A stretch of DNA of 64,000 nt. It comes from Eledone cirrhosa. Its lineage: Eukaryota. The notes below the pieces were generated by a model. The model made no database searches and was not told the origin of the DNA. It worked only from the letters and a program-made list of their open reading frames with translations. Shown here in pieces: positions 15,775-28,368 of this stretch. The DNA is taken from assembly GCA_964016885.1 (NCBI GenBank), contig OZ024741.1, positions 224,502,001 through 224,566,000 of the forward strand. Reading direction: 5' to 3'. How positions within the stretch are numbered: the stretch's first letter is position 1; every line of letters starts with the position of its first letter. The position numbers and the translations under genes were made by a program.

Positions 15775-16990
15775 AATAATTGTTTCTACTTTGGGCACAA
15801 AGCCAGCAATTATCCCAGTGTGTTACTGGTGCTTTGTTTTATCGACCCCATAAGGATGAAAGGCAAAGTTAATCTCGGTAGAATTTGAACTCAGAACATA
15901 CAGGGCCATAACTCTATGCTACAAAGCATGTTGTCGGATGCTCTACTGATACTGCCAATCCACTGCCCTCATAATAATCATAAAAATGATTTCTAATTAA
16001 GTACAAGGCCAGCAATTTGTGGATAGAAGGAAAGTTGAATACATTGACCCCAGTATGTGACTAGTACTTTATTTTATCAACCCTCAGTGTGTTTTCTTTG
16101 GGCACTACAGATGGTTTTGAAAGTATGTGGCCTAATGGTTACGGTGTTGGACTTACAATCACAATGCTGTGAGTTCAATTCCTGGACCAGGTGGTGCGTT
16201 GTGTTCTTGAGCAAAACACTTCATTTCACATTGCTCCAGCACACTCAGCAGGGTTTTAACTCAGAACATAAAAGAACGTAACAAAATATTGCAAAGCATT
16301 TTGCCTGACATTCTAATGATTGTGCCATTCCACCACCCTTATTAGTAATAATTGTTTCTACGTTTGGCACAAGGCCAGCAATTATCCCAGTGTATTCCTG
16401 GTATTTTATTTTATCGACCCTGTAAGGATGAAAGGCAAAGTTAACTTCGGCAGGATTCTGCTTTAGGCACAAGACCAGAAATTTGAAGTGAGGGGGAAGT
16501 ATATTAAATCGACCCCAGTATAATACTGGTACAAATCTGCCATTCATAATAATAATGATTTCTACTTTAGGCACAAGGCCATAAATTTGAAGGGAGGTGA
16601 AGACGATTAAATCGACTCCAGTATGATACTGGTACTTTATTTTATCAACCCTGTAAAGATAACCTCGGCAAGATTTGAACTCAGAACGTAAAGGGACAGA
16701 ACTCTATGCAATAAAGCATGTTTTCCAACGCTCTACCGATTCTGCCAATCCATTGCCCTTATTAATAATAATATCAACAACAACAACACAACAACTACCA
16801 TAGCAATAATTGTTTCTACTTTAGGCACAAGGACAGCAAATACCCAGTGCATTACTGGTACTTTATTTTATCGACCCCGTAATGATGAAAGGCAAAGTCA
16901 ACCTCGGCGTGATTTGAACTCATATCGGAAAGGGACGTAACTATGCTGGAAAGCATGGCGTCCGACCCTCTACCGATACTGCCAATCCCA
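15775..16990 (-). mobile_element. Cluster of family-A SINEs (several full and partial, same orientation) with a family-B head at ~16118-16250 (+)
   Basis: Repeated TTTCTACTTTAGGCACAAGG...ATCGACCCC...TTTGAACTCAG...TGCCAATCC. Confidence 0.88.
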
Positions 16991-17385
16991 AACAACATTG
17001 TAACATTGCCTCCACTCCTTCATTCAAATCCCCAGTAAACAGGGCTACAGATTATCTGGTGAAATATTTTTGGAAAAGGATGACATTACTGTTGTTACTA
17101 TTTTTATTGTATGGTTTTGGTTGTTATTCCTATTTTCTCTTCTTATGGTTGGAAAGAAAACCTATTCGAAGAGATAGATTAAATTGGATAAAATGGTGGT
17201 TGAGGTGTTGTTTGTCTCGGTGTTGAAAATGGTGAGAAAAATGAAGATATGTGTATGTGTGTGTATGTATGGGTGCATGAAAATGTATATAAATATATAT
17301 ACATTCTTCTCTCTCTCTTCTTTTTTCTCTCTCTCTCTCTATATATATCATCATCATCATCATCATTTATATACTGATATACCAG

Positions 17386-17420
<35 letters not shown>

Positions 17421-17699
17421 GTTAAGCATATTTTAAGCATATTTTTTTGTCATTTAAAACAGAATTACTAGAAATAATTCTGTTCAAGATATAAATTTCA
17501 ATAAGATGAGATGGAGCTGATGAAGGAAAGGATATGAAACTTAATATCAGTTATAGCAATAACAATGGCAATGATTGTAATAACAACAATAATAATGGCA
17601 GTGATGTTTATGTGTATATGAATATATATATAAATAAGGGAGACACAAAGCTGGCTTTGTTTAGAAATGGCTAGCGAATCCGAAAATTAGGTAGTAACA

Positions 17700-17915
17700 T
17701 CTGCTTACGGATCGTTAGAGCACCGGACACCATGCTTTGCAGCATAGAATTTATGGCACATTACGTTTTGAGTTCAAATCCCGCTCAGGTTAACTTTGCT
17801 TTTCATCCTTACGGGGTCAATAAAATAAAGTACCAGCCACACACTGGAGTTGATTTAATCGACTTCCCCTCCCCCCAAATTGCAGACCTTGTGTCTAAAT
17901 CAGAAACCATTATTG
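17700..17915 (+). mobile_element. SINE family A
   Basis: B-box GAGTTCAAATCC plus shared body. Confidence 0.85.
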
Positions 17916-18211
17916 TGGAAACAGTGTTAGAGATGTCTTGTCTTTCATGCAACTGAAGAGTCCTTTCCATTTTAGAATACTGCCTCAAAATGTCCCAACC
18001 AACTCATGTCAGCAAGGAAAAAATGGATATCAAATCAATGATGATATTCATAGTGATATATTGGATGAACTCATAGGTGAACTAGCCATACAAGCATTTG
18101 GGCATTACCTGGTGAGTAGCTAACTGGGCTAAAAAAGAAATGACTAAAAAAATGTCATGTAGGAATGAAGTGATAGCTGCTGCACACAGATTGAAATGAA
18201 AATGGAATACG

Positions 18212-18890
18212 CCTTACCTGAGCAATGAAAACACCCCTGGCCCTCAGCAGTCAGTCAATGCCACTTCTGGCACTCAACATTCAACACTTTGTTAATTAGT
18301 GACACATTAGCTGAGCGATGAAAACACATCTCAAGCCTTTGGCAGTCAGCAGTCTGTTAGTAAGTGTCACCTTAACTGAGCAGTGAAGACACCTTTGGCC
18401 CTCAGCAGTTAACAGTTTGCTAGTATTACCTTAGTTGAACTTTGAAAACATTCCTCTGGTCCTCAACTGTCTGTTAGTTAATATCACCTTAGCTGAGCTG
18501 TGAAAACACACCTTTGGCTCTCAACAGTTAGCAGTTTATTAGTCAATGTCACCTTAACTGAGCAGTGAAAACACAATCCAGGCTTTCAGCATTCTGTTGG
18601 TGTTGCCTTACCTGAACAGTGAAAACACACTTCTGTCTCTCAGCAGTCTGTTAGTTTGTGTCACCTTAGCTGAGCTGTGAAAACATATTTCTGGTCCTCA
18701 GTCAGCAGTCTGTTATTGAAAACACATCTCTGGCCATCAGTAGTCAGCTGTCTGTTAGTCAGTATCACCTTAGCTGAACAGTGAAAATGCACATATGACC
18801 CTCAACAGTTTGTTAGTCAGTATCACCTTAGCTGAACAGTGAAAAAATGCTTCTGGCCCTAAGCCCTCAGCCTTCTGTAAGCTAGTGTCG
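18212..18890. repeat. Diverged ~58-65-bp minisatellite, ~11 units
   Basis: Unit is approximately CACCTTAGCTGAGCAGTGAAAACACACCTCTGGCCCTCAGCAGTCTGTTAGTCAGTGT. Confidence 0.88.
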
Positions 18891-18959
18891 CCTGCTTTTA
18901 AGACCCAGTCTGATTTGGGGTTGACCTTAACCGTATATATATTATTATATTTTCATGGT

Positions 18960-19125
18960 AAAGGCTTTATCTCACATAATTATAGTGAATCTATGAGATT
19001 TTTATATTATTTATTTTGAGAACAATACCTTAACATCAGTATGTGTTGCCGATTACAGCCAGTTTGAACAGAAAGAGGTGAGAGAATTCTGGTCGGTTAC
19101 GGCCGGTTTAAATGCTAAAGGGTTA
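18960..19125. mobile_element. piggyBac-type MITE, partial, opposite orientation
   Basis: Reverse complement of the 15207-15385 interior, ending AATGCTAAAGGGTTAA. Confidence 0.7.
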
Positions 19126-19319
19126 AATAATTTAATGATTACAGAAAACATAATAACAGCGTGTTTGCAAATGAGCAGCATTTTGAACTTTTATTGTAAC
19201 TATTATATAAATTTACAGGAATTGCTTATGTATTTCTTTCAGAATATAGTTGAATATTACTATGGTTTCTTTTACTATTCACAATAGTAAGCTAGTAAGG
19301 TGATTCTGGCTCAGTTAGT

Positions 19320-20630
19320 TAAACACACATACACATGCACACTTACACTCCACATACATGCACACTCATGCACAGGTACACAGACACAGGCACACACACA
19401 CACACGCATACATGGGTACACACACACACACACACACACACAGGTACACAGGAACACAGGTACATACACGCACTCAAAGTTTTACACACATTAAAAGGTT
19501 TACACACAGGCACATACATGCAAACACAGGTACACACACACAGTCAAAGGTATATTCACACTCACACACAGGTACACATACTCTTGCACACAGTCATACA
19601 CAGATATACATATGCACACCTTCTCAAACTAGCATATGTATACATATTTTTATACATACACCACAACACACATACACACATACATACACCACAACACATA
19701 TACACACATACATACACACCAACACACATACAAACATACATACACAACAACACACATACACACATACATATACACCAACACATATACACACACACATACA
19801 TACATACATACACACATACATACACACCAACACATACATACACACCAACACACATACAAACATACATACATACCAACACATATACACACATACATACACA
19901 ACACATACACAACAACACACATACAAACATACATACACAACAACACATATACACACATACATACACACCAACACACATATACACACATACACACCAACAC
20001 ATAGAAACATACATACACACCAACACATATACACACATACACAACAACACACATTCAAACATACATACACACCAACACATATATACACACATACATACAC
20101 ACCAACACACATACAAACATACATACACACCAACACATATACACACACAACAACACACATACATACACACCAACACATATACATACACACCAACACATAT
20201 ACACACATATACAACAACACATATACACACATACATACACACCAACACACATACATACACACCAACACATATATACACATACACACCAACACACATACAA
20301 ACATACATATACACCAACACACATACAAACATACATACACCACAATACACAAATACACACATACAGCACAACACACATACAAACATACACACATACATAA
20401 ATACATACATTCATACATACACACATACAAACGTACATACATATACACATACAAATAAACACACATACAAACATACATACAAACACACACACCAACACAT
20501 ACATACACACATACAAGCATACTTGCACCACAAAACATATCCATACACACATACAAACATACATACATACACACACACATACAAACACACACCACAACAA
20601 CACATACAAACATGCATGCACCACAACATG
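19320..20630. repeat. CA/CATA-rich complex repeat
   Basis: Visible. Explains the overlapping H/T/Y and V/C/M ORFs. Confidence 0.93.
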
Positions 20631-21111
20631 TATATGTATTTTGAATGGAAATTCTATTGAAATCCTTTTGATAACTTAACTCTCCAGAAATTAATCATAC
20701 ATTTTAGTAAATTCCTGAAGAACAGATATAAAAACATACATAAATCATATATATACTGGTTTATTTTGGAGTTTTTACTTTTTCAGGATATATATGCATG
20801 TAATTTATACCCAGTAAAATATTATTTTTCTCATACCATTGTATAAATAGAATGATTAAATACCCATTTATTGGTAAAGTCCATTTCTGTGCATGTATGT
20901 GTACATATGTATATATTATATGTATATATGCATATATATACATACATGCATTTATATATATATATGCATTCACAACCACAATAAGCAACAATATATTTAT
21001 CAAATGTGCATATATATATATGCACAAGCAAACACACACATGCACACATTTACCCTTATATTTTGGAAATAATATCATAACCAAAATCAAATTCATATAC
21101 ATACATCCATC

Positions 21112-21186
<75 letters not shown>

Positions 21187-21577
21187 ATATATATATGTAT
21201 ATATATGTTTTGATTTTTTGCTCTTTTCCCCTTCTAACAGTTTTTGTTTCCTTCTTATCTCCCCTTTCTCTTCCCGCTCTCCTTCTTTTTCTAGTTTTCC
21301 CTCTCTCACATCTCTCTCTCTATTCACCATCCTGCCCTCTTGTTTTCTCTCTCCAATTCTTTAAGCCATCTCAATAAACTTCTATTTTATTCTATACCGT
21401 TGCTATAATATTTTCAATAACATTGCTGAGTATTGTAAATAGCTTTGTTGCTGCTGAAGTATTCTAAATTATACTAGTTAGATCTGAAGAATTTTGTGAC
21501 AGTTTGTAGAGAGATATTGGAAGGAGAAAAAGAGGAAACCACAACCATAGACATATATCTTTATTATCATTATTATT

Positions 21578-22570
21578 ATGGATTGGCAGTATCAGTAGAG
21601 GGTCGGACGCCATGCTTTCCAGCATAGTTACGCCCTTTACGATCTGAGTTCAAATCCCACCGAGGTTGACTTTGCCTTCCATCCTTATGGGGTCGATAAA
21701 ATAAAGTACCAGTAATGCGCTGGGTAATTGCTGGCCTTGTGTCAAAAGTAGAAACAATTATTATGGATTGGCAGTATTGGTAGAGGGTCGGACGCCATGC
21801 TTTCCAGCATAGTTACGTCCCTTGACGGTCAGAGTTCAAATCCCGCCGAGGTTGACTTTGCCTTTCATCCTTACGGGGTCGATAAAATAAAGTACCAGTA
21901 ATGCACTGGGTAATTGCTGGCCTTGTGGCTAAAGTAGAAACAATTATTATTATCGGTAGAGCATCGGACATCATGCTTTGCAGCATAGAGTTAGGGCCCT
22001 TTACGTTCTGAGTTCAAATCTGCCTAGGTTAACTTTGCCTTTCATCGTTACGGGGTCGATAAAATAAAGCACCAGTAATGCACTGGGGGTAATTGCTGGC
22101 CTTGTGCTAAAAGTAGAAACATTATTATTATTATTATTTATCATTTGAGTGTTGGACAATATGCTTCGCTACATAGAGTGACGGCCCTTTACGATCAGAG
22201 TTCAAATTCTGTCGAGGTTAACTTTGCCTTTCATCCTTACTGATGTGATAAAATAAAGTACCAGTAATGCACTGAGGTCGATTTAATCGACCATCCCCTC
22301 CCCTTAAAATTGCTGGCCTTGTGCCTATAATAGAAACAATTATAATTATAAAGGGCGGTGGATTGGCAGTATCAGTGGAGTGTCAAACAAAAGGCTTAGC
22401 GGCATCTAGTTACGGCCCTTTAGATTCTGAGTTCAAATCCTGCTGAGGTTAACCGTGCCTTTCATCCTTACAAGGTTGATAAAATAAAGTACCAGTAATG
22501 CACTAGAGTTGATTTAATTGACTTTACCCTTTCCTCCAACTCACTGGCCTTGTGCCAAAAGTAGAAACCT
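21578..22570 (+). mobile_element. Head-to-tail array of five family-A tRNA-derived SINEs
   Basis: A-box TGGCAGTATCRG (lost in two copies), B-box GAGTTCAAATCC, central GCCTTTCATCCTTACGGGGTCGATAAAAT and (ATT)n tails. Confidence 0.92.
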
Positions 22571-22984
22571 TTGTTATTATTTCTTCCTTTTCCTTTTCCC
22601 CTTTTTATCTTTCTCCCCTTTTCTTCTTCCATCTACTTCCTCTTCATTCCACGACTTGTCCTCTACCCTCTTCACCCCTGGATCCCTACCACCTATCTTC
22701 CCTTCATTACCTCTGTCCACATCCTCCCCAAATAAACTATATATATATAAAGACACTGACTAATTTTGTATGGCATCCCTGCTGACTTTATATGAATGAA
22801 ACAGTTCTAGTCCTGTATATAAAATAAAGATGCAACATATTGAGTGCTGTTTTTAACTGTGGTCACCTCCCAATACCCATCAAAAATCCATCCATAATAT
22901 ATATATATATGAATGGACCTGTTATTTTTATCTAAAGACTTTTTTCCAATTCCACCCCCACCCCCCCGTCCCTTCAATCTAACT

Positions 22985-23115
22985 TATTTCTCAGTCTTTC
23001 TTATGATGAAGGACTAGCATCCGAAATGTTAAGACCCTCTTCCTGCTATTTCAAGCATTAACCTAATATATTCCTTCCATATACTGTACTGATTGTGTTG
23101 TTATTTCTGTTTACC
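22985..23115 (+). mobile_element. Penelope pLTR-like fragment with degenerate HHR (family 2)
   Basis: TCTT-ATGATGA-AGGA-CTAGCA-TCC-GAAA-TGT-TA-AGAC (C3>A). The downstream sequence matches 34950-35065 on the minus strand. Confidence 0.6.
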
Positions 23116-23134
23116 TTTTACATATATATATATA

Positions 23135-24388
23135 AGAATAAACGTGCTGCGTGGTTGCAAATGGGTTACATATGAATAAAGTGGTCCTCATCAGTGATCT
23201 TCCAACCATCACAGGTATTTCTTCGCTTTAAAGACCATATACCTCCGGTTGGTGCGAGCAACAGCTAAAAAAAGTCGTTGGGACACGTAAATAGGAGGAA
23301 CGAGCGAGACACTAAACGAACAAAGATGGTGAAGCATCGAAAAGTGAGGAAGAACGGGTCAAGTCCCAAATTTCCATGAATATAAGTTCGGTGAAATCGT
23401 GAACGAGAGAGAATAAAGACCATCAAACCTGGTTGGAATGTGAGCAAGGAAGGAATTCCGTACAGGTCTAACGGGAGGAAGAAGGAATCTAGTCTGTGAA
23501 TTCGGTGAACATAAGTTCTGTGAAATCGTAGACGAGAGAGAGAAAAAAGGCGAACCAGCCTGACCAAGCGTGCGAAAGAAAAGAATTACGCACAGGTCAA
23601 ACGGGAAGAAGGAGGAGGAGAGGTAGTAACAGAGAGTGAGTGAGTGAAGGGTGAGGAAGAGGCTAACAAAGAGAGTGACTGTTAGAGAGGGTAAAGATAC
23701 AGAGAAAGAGGAAGTAACAAGAACGAAATAGACGGGTCACGGCGGGGGAAAAAAATATGTAACCCATTTGCAACCACGCAGCACGTTTATTCTCATATTT
23801 ACACATATTTTTTTCCCCCGCTGTGACCCGTCTATTTCGTTCTTACTGCTTCCTCTTTCTCTGTATCTTTACCCTCTCTAACAGTCACTCTCTCTGTTAG
23901 CCTCTTCCTCACGCTTCACTCACTCACTCTCTGTTACTACCTCTCCTCCTCCTCCTTCTTCCCGTTTGACCTGTGCGTAATTCTTTTCTTTCACACGCTT
24001 GGTCAGGCTGGTTCGCCTTTTTTCTCTCTCTCGCCTACGATTTCACAGAACTTATGTTCACCGAATTCACAGACTAGACCCTTTCTTCCTCCCCTTAGAC
24101 CTGTACGGAATTCTTTCCTTGCTCACATTCCAACCAGGTTTGATGGTCTTTATTCTCTCTCGTTCACGATTTCACCGAACTTATATTCATGGAAATTTAG
24201 GACTTGACTCGTTCTTCCTCACTTTTCGTTGCTTCACGATCTTTGTTTGTTTACACTCTCGCTGTCCCCTTTATTTACATGTCCCAACGACTTTTTTTAG
24301 CCATTACTCGCACCAACCGGAGGTATATGGTCTTTAAAGCGAAGAAATACCTGTGATGGTTGGAAGATCACTGATGAGGACCACTTTA

Positions 24389-24395
<7 letters not shown>
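23135..24395. mobile_element. ORF-less ~620-bp element in inverted, circularly permuted double copy (family 3)
   Basis: 23175-23760 is the reverse complement of ~23802-24395, and 23135-23174 is the reverse complement of ~23755-23793. Flanked by (TA)n. Confidence 0.85.
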
Positions 24396-24439
<44 letters not shown>

Positions 24440-24515
24440 CAAAGAGGGTGTGGTAAGATACCAGGTGGACCATAATGCACCAGAGTACTCAATACTTAGG
24501 GTAATAGAGTGGGTA

Positions 24516-24625
24516 ATAGGAAAAGAGTCAGGACACCAACAGCTGAGCTCTGGCCATTTTGACAGCTAGTTCAGATCTAGCTTTCGAAACAGCTGGAGCT
24601 CAGCCGTCGGAGTCCTGACTCTTTT

Positions 24626-24630
<5 letters not shown>
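24516..24630. repeat. 115-bp imperfect palindrome (54-bp arms, 7-nt loop)
   Basis: ATAGGAAAAGAGTCAGGAC...AGCTAG-TTCAGAT-CTAGCT...GTCCTGACTCTTTTCCTAT, with 9 mismatches. Confidence 0.9.
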
Positions 24631-24693
<63 letters not shown>

Positions 24694-24719
24694 TATATAA
24701 ATACATACACATATATATA

Positions 24720-24908
24720 TAATTGTTTCTACTTTAGGCACAAGGCCAGCAATTACCCAGTGCATTACTGGTACTTTATTTTATCGACCTCGTAAGGATG
24801 AAAGGCAAAGTCAACCTCGGCGCAATTTGAACTCAGATCGTAAAGGGACATAACTATGCTGGAAAGCATGGCGTCCGACCCTCTACCGATACTACCAATC
24901 CACCGCCA
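24720..24908 (-). mobile_element. SINE family A
   Basis: Near full-length reverse copy. Confidence 0.9.
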
Positions 24909-25059
24909 ATACACATATATATATAATGCTGCTGAAATGTCTAAAGGCTGCAAGTTGGTCATGCTGGTGACATGACAGGTGCCTGGTCTGCCCTGTGGAG
25001 TGGTCAGATTGGCAGTGTGATAAAAAAACACCCAGTCTACACTGTAAGGTGACATGACA

Positions 25060-25305
25060 AAAAATGCCCAATCCACTCCGTAAAGTGATTGTATTGGTGA
25101 CATGATAAAAAAGCACCCAGTCCACACTGTAAATGTGGTTGGTGTTAGGAAGGGCATCCAGCCACAGAAACCAAGCCAGAAATAGTTCTGTATGAGCACA
25201 GTACAATCATCTGATCTGACTTGCCTCACAACGGGAAATGGGACAAGTCATCTAATCCATGCTAGCGTGGAAAATTGAATGTTAAACAGTGATGATGATG
25301 GTGAT
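25060..25305 (+). mobile_element. Family-B SINE/RTE-type 3' segment
   Basis: CACCCAG..CACTGTAAATGTGGTTGGTGTTAGGAAGGGCATCCAG, ending ...GATGATGATG. Confidence 0.75.
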
Positions 25306-25429
25306 ATATATATATTATATATATATATATATATATCATCATCATCACTGCTCTGAAATAGTATACATACACACACACAGCACAACTCTGCCAATTCATT
25401 GCCTGTAGATAAATCTACTGTTATTATTT

Positions 25430-25825
25430 CTTCGGACGTCATGCTTTGCAGCAAAGAGTTACGGCCCTTTATGGTCTGAGTTCAAATCCTGCCGAGGTTA
25501 ACTTTGCCTTTCATCCTTACGGGGTCGATAAAATAAAGTACCAGTAATACACTCGGATAATTTCTGGCCTTGTGCCAAAAGTAGAAAAAATTATTTCTTT
25601 ATATAAGGGCGGTGGATTTGTGGTATCGGTAGAACGTCGGACAACATGCTTTGCTGCATATACGGCCCTTTATGTTCTGAGTTCAAATCCTGCCAAGGTT
25701 AGCTTTGCCTTTCATCTTTACAGGGTCGATAAAATAAAGTACCAGTCCCGCATTGGAGTCGATTTAATCGACTTTCCCCTCTTCCCCAAAATTGCTGGCC
25801 ATGTGCCTAAATCAGAAACCATTAT
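25430..25825 (+). mobile_element. Two tandem family-A SINEs
   Basis: B-boxes and shared body. Confidence 0.88.
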
Positions 25826-26069
25826 TCATTCATATATATATGCTTTTTGAAAAATTCATGTTTTATGGCCAAATTGTTCATGATTTCACAAAATATTTGA
25901 CAAAAAAAACAGAAGGAAACTGAAAATTGCTCCCATATATTCGGCCATTTTGAGAATTCAATAAATGATAGAAGATTCTTGTTCTCTGGGTTCTAGTATA
26001 ACTTTTGTATACACACATGTACAAACACATACATACATGTACAACTCACATGGACACATATATATGTAT

Positions 26070-26602
26070 GTGCTGAAGAGAAGACTGCATTGGTATGGAC
26101 AGGTAATGTAGATGGAGGATGACTGCTGGGTGAAGAAGTGCCAAGAAATCCCAGTAGAAGGAAGACACAGTAGAGGAAGACCACGAAAATCACGGGCAGA
26201 GTTGATGAGAGCTGACCTCAGATTGCTGAAGCTCATGGAGGAGATGACAAAGGACCATGACAAATAGAGATATGCTGTGCTGAAAAGGACCCATCCCACC
26301 CTTGCAAGCAAGGAAGAGCGGATGTAAAATGATGATGACGATGTATGTGTGTAAGAGAAGACTGTGTTAGTATGGACATGTGATGCACATGGCTGATGAT
26401 CGCTGGGTGAAGAAGTGCCAAGAAATCCTATCGGTAGGAAGACCTGGGCGGAGGTAGAGAGAACTGATCTCATATTACTGAGATTCACAAAGGAGATGAC
26501 AAAGGAACGCAGCAAGTGGAGAGATGCTGTGCTGAAAAGGAATCATTCAACCCCTGCAAGCGTAGAAAACGGATGTAAAAACGATGATGATGATGATGAT
26601 GA
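26070..26602 (+). mobile_element. Two tandem RTE LINE 3' ends
   Basis: RRL.WYG.VM..GRP RK.W...KWRDAVL-like translations, each ending GGATGTAAAA(TGA)n. Confidence 0.8.
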
Positions 26603-26680
26603 TATATATATATACATATAGATACATACCATAAGCATAATCATCATCATTTTTATGCCCATTTTTCTATGCTTGCATGG

Positions 26681-26715
<35 letters not shown>

Positions 26716-27194
26716 CACTCACATACATTCACACTCATATACACTCACATATCTCCATAATAATGAACAGATACCCATCTCACTCCAATCACCCACACAC
26801 CTACACACCCACACATATGAACAAAAATTAATACATGCACATGCACCCACGTATGCACACACACACAAACACACACACATTTACACTGAAAACAAAGACA
26901 CACAGACACACAGTTCTCTGAATTATCTGTAATATATGACTTTTATGGAGTGTAACATGTCAAGTATGCTTAACTTTTATGTTGAGATGGAAGTGTGGGC
27001 TGTTGGCTCTGCACTGCATTACACGAAACACACAATTATCTGCAAGTGTGTTGCACCAAATTGCAGTGTATATATTTACAATGCAAATAAAAAACAACAA
27101 AAACAAAAGCTAAAACTGTATAAACGAATCTCATTATAAATATTATGTATGTTCATATGTATACACACAGGTATACGTATTATGTTATATACAT

Positions 27195-27309
<115 letters not shown>

Positions 27310-27339
27310 ATACATATATATGTGTGCGTGTATATATAT

Positions 27340-27660
27340 ATATCATCATCACCGTTTTACGTCCGGTCTTCCATGCTACCATGGGTTAGACGGGTTGTCC
27401 TGTTGTGGGCAGTGTCCAGTCGGCTGACCTTGTCTTGCTCATACAGGAACTGATTCTGGCTTGATTTCTACAGCTGGATGCCCTTCCTAACACCAACCTC
27501 ATTTACAGTGAGTGATGGGTGCTTTTTTGCCATGGCACCTCCACGACCACTTTGCAGTGGAATGATAGGGACCCCAATCCCTATCATCTCATTTATACAG
27601 CTGAGTAAACTGGAGCAATGTGAAATAAAGTGTCTTGCTCAAGGAAACAACACATCACCA
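27340..27660 (-). mobile_element. SINE family B
   Basis: Reverse copy of 46430-46925. Confidence 0.88.
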
Positions 27661-28102
27661 TCATCATCGTTTAACGTCCATCTTCCATGCTAGCATGGGT
27701 TAGACATATACACACACACATATATATATATATGTATATATATGTGTGTATATATATATATATTAGTCCTACCCTTGCAAGCAGGGAAAAAGTGGACGTA
27801 AAATGAAATGAAATGTATATATATATGTATATATCATCATCATCATCATTTATATATATGTATATATATATATAATAAATATTTGCTCTACGGTTCTTAT
27901 ATATTTGATATATATTTATCCTTATCAAGCCCTCTTTGGATTTTAGTCTTCACATTTATTATTATTACTATATATATATATATATATAAGTTGAAAAAAA
28001 ATGAAAACGAAATTTCATTTCTCACTCTTAGTATGGCACTTACTTAAATGTAAGTATGTATGTATACGTACATACATATATGTATACAGACGTACAGTAG
28101 CA

Positions 28103-28165
<63 letters not shown>

Positions 28166-28323
28166 GCATACAGGTACACATACATATATGCACGCATCAG
28201 TTTAGCCGACGTTTATTATAACGCCGCTTTGTTCGTTTGTTTGTCAACAAACCGAACAGCCTGAATTTATGCCATACGGTGTTAAGGCAACCACGTCACC
28301 TTTTTGTTCAACACTGACACAGG

Positions 28324-28368
28324 AACGATGTACTAGTTTCAAGCTTGTTAGCTATCATCAGCACCGTT
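28324..28368 (-). ncRNA. Type I minimal hammerhead ribozyme
   Basis: Reverse complement of 28997-29041. Confidence 0.82.

Noticed and set aside
18212-18890. CRISPR array or tandem hammerheads (CTGAGC..GAAA)
   Set aside because: Inter-repeat segments are homologous rather than unique spacers, there are no cas genes, and there is no CUGANGA core with stem II.
21578-21660. tRNA genes
   Set aside because: The A and B boxes belong to SINE heads; no full cloverleaf.
23265-24337. Paired 100/112-aa ORFs
   Set aside because: They arise from the inverted duplication, start at non-ATG codons and have no recognisable domain.
24559-24582. Resemblance of TTGACAGCTAGTTCAGATCTAG to the synthetic J23119 promoter
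   Set aside because: No -10 TATAAT follows, and the sequence is the centre of a native palindrome; coincidence.
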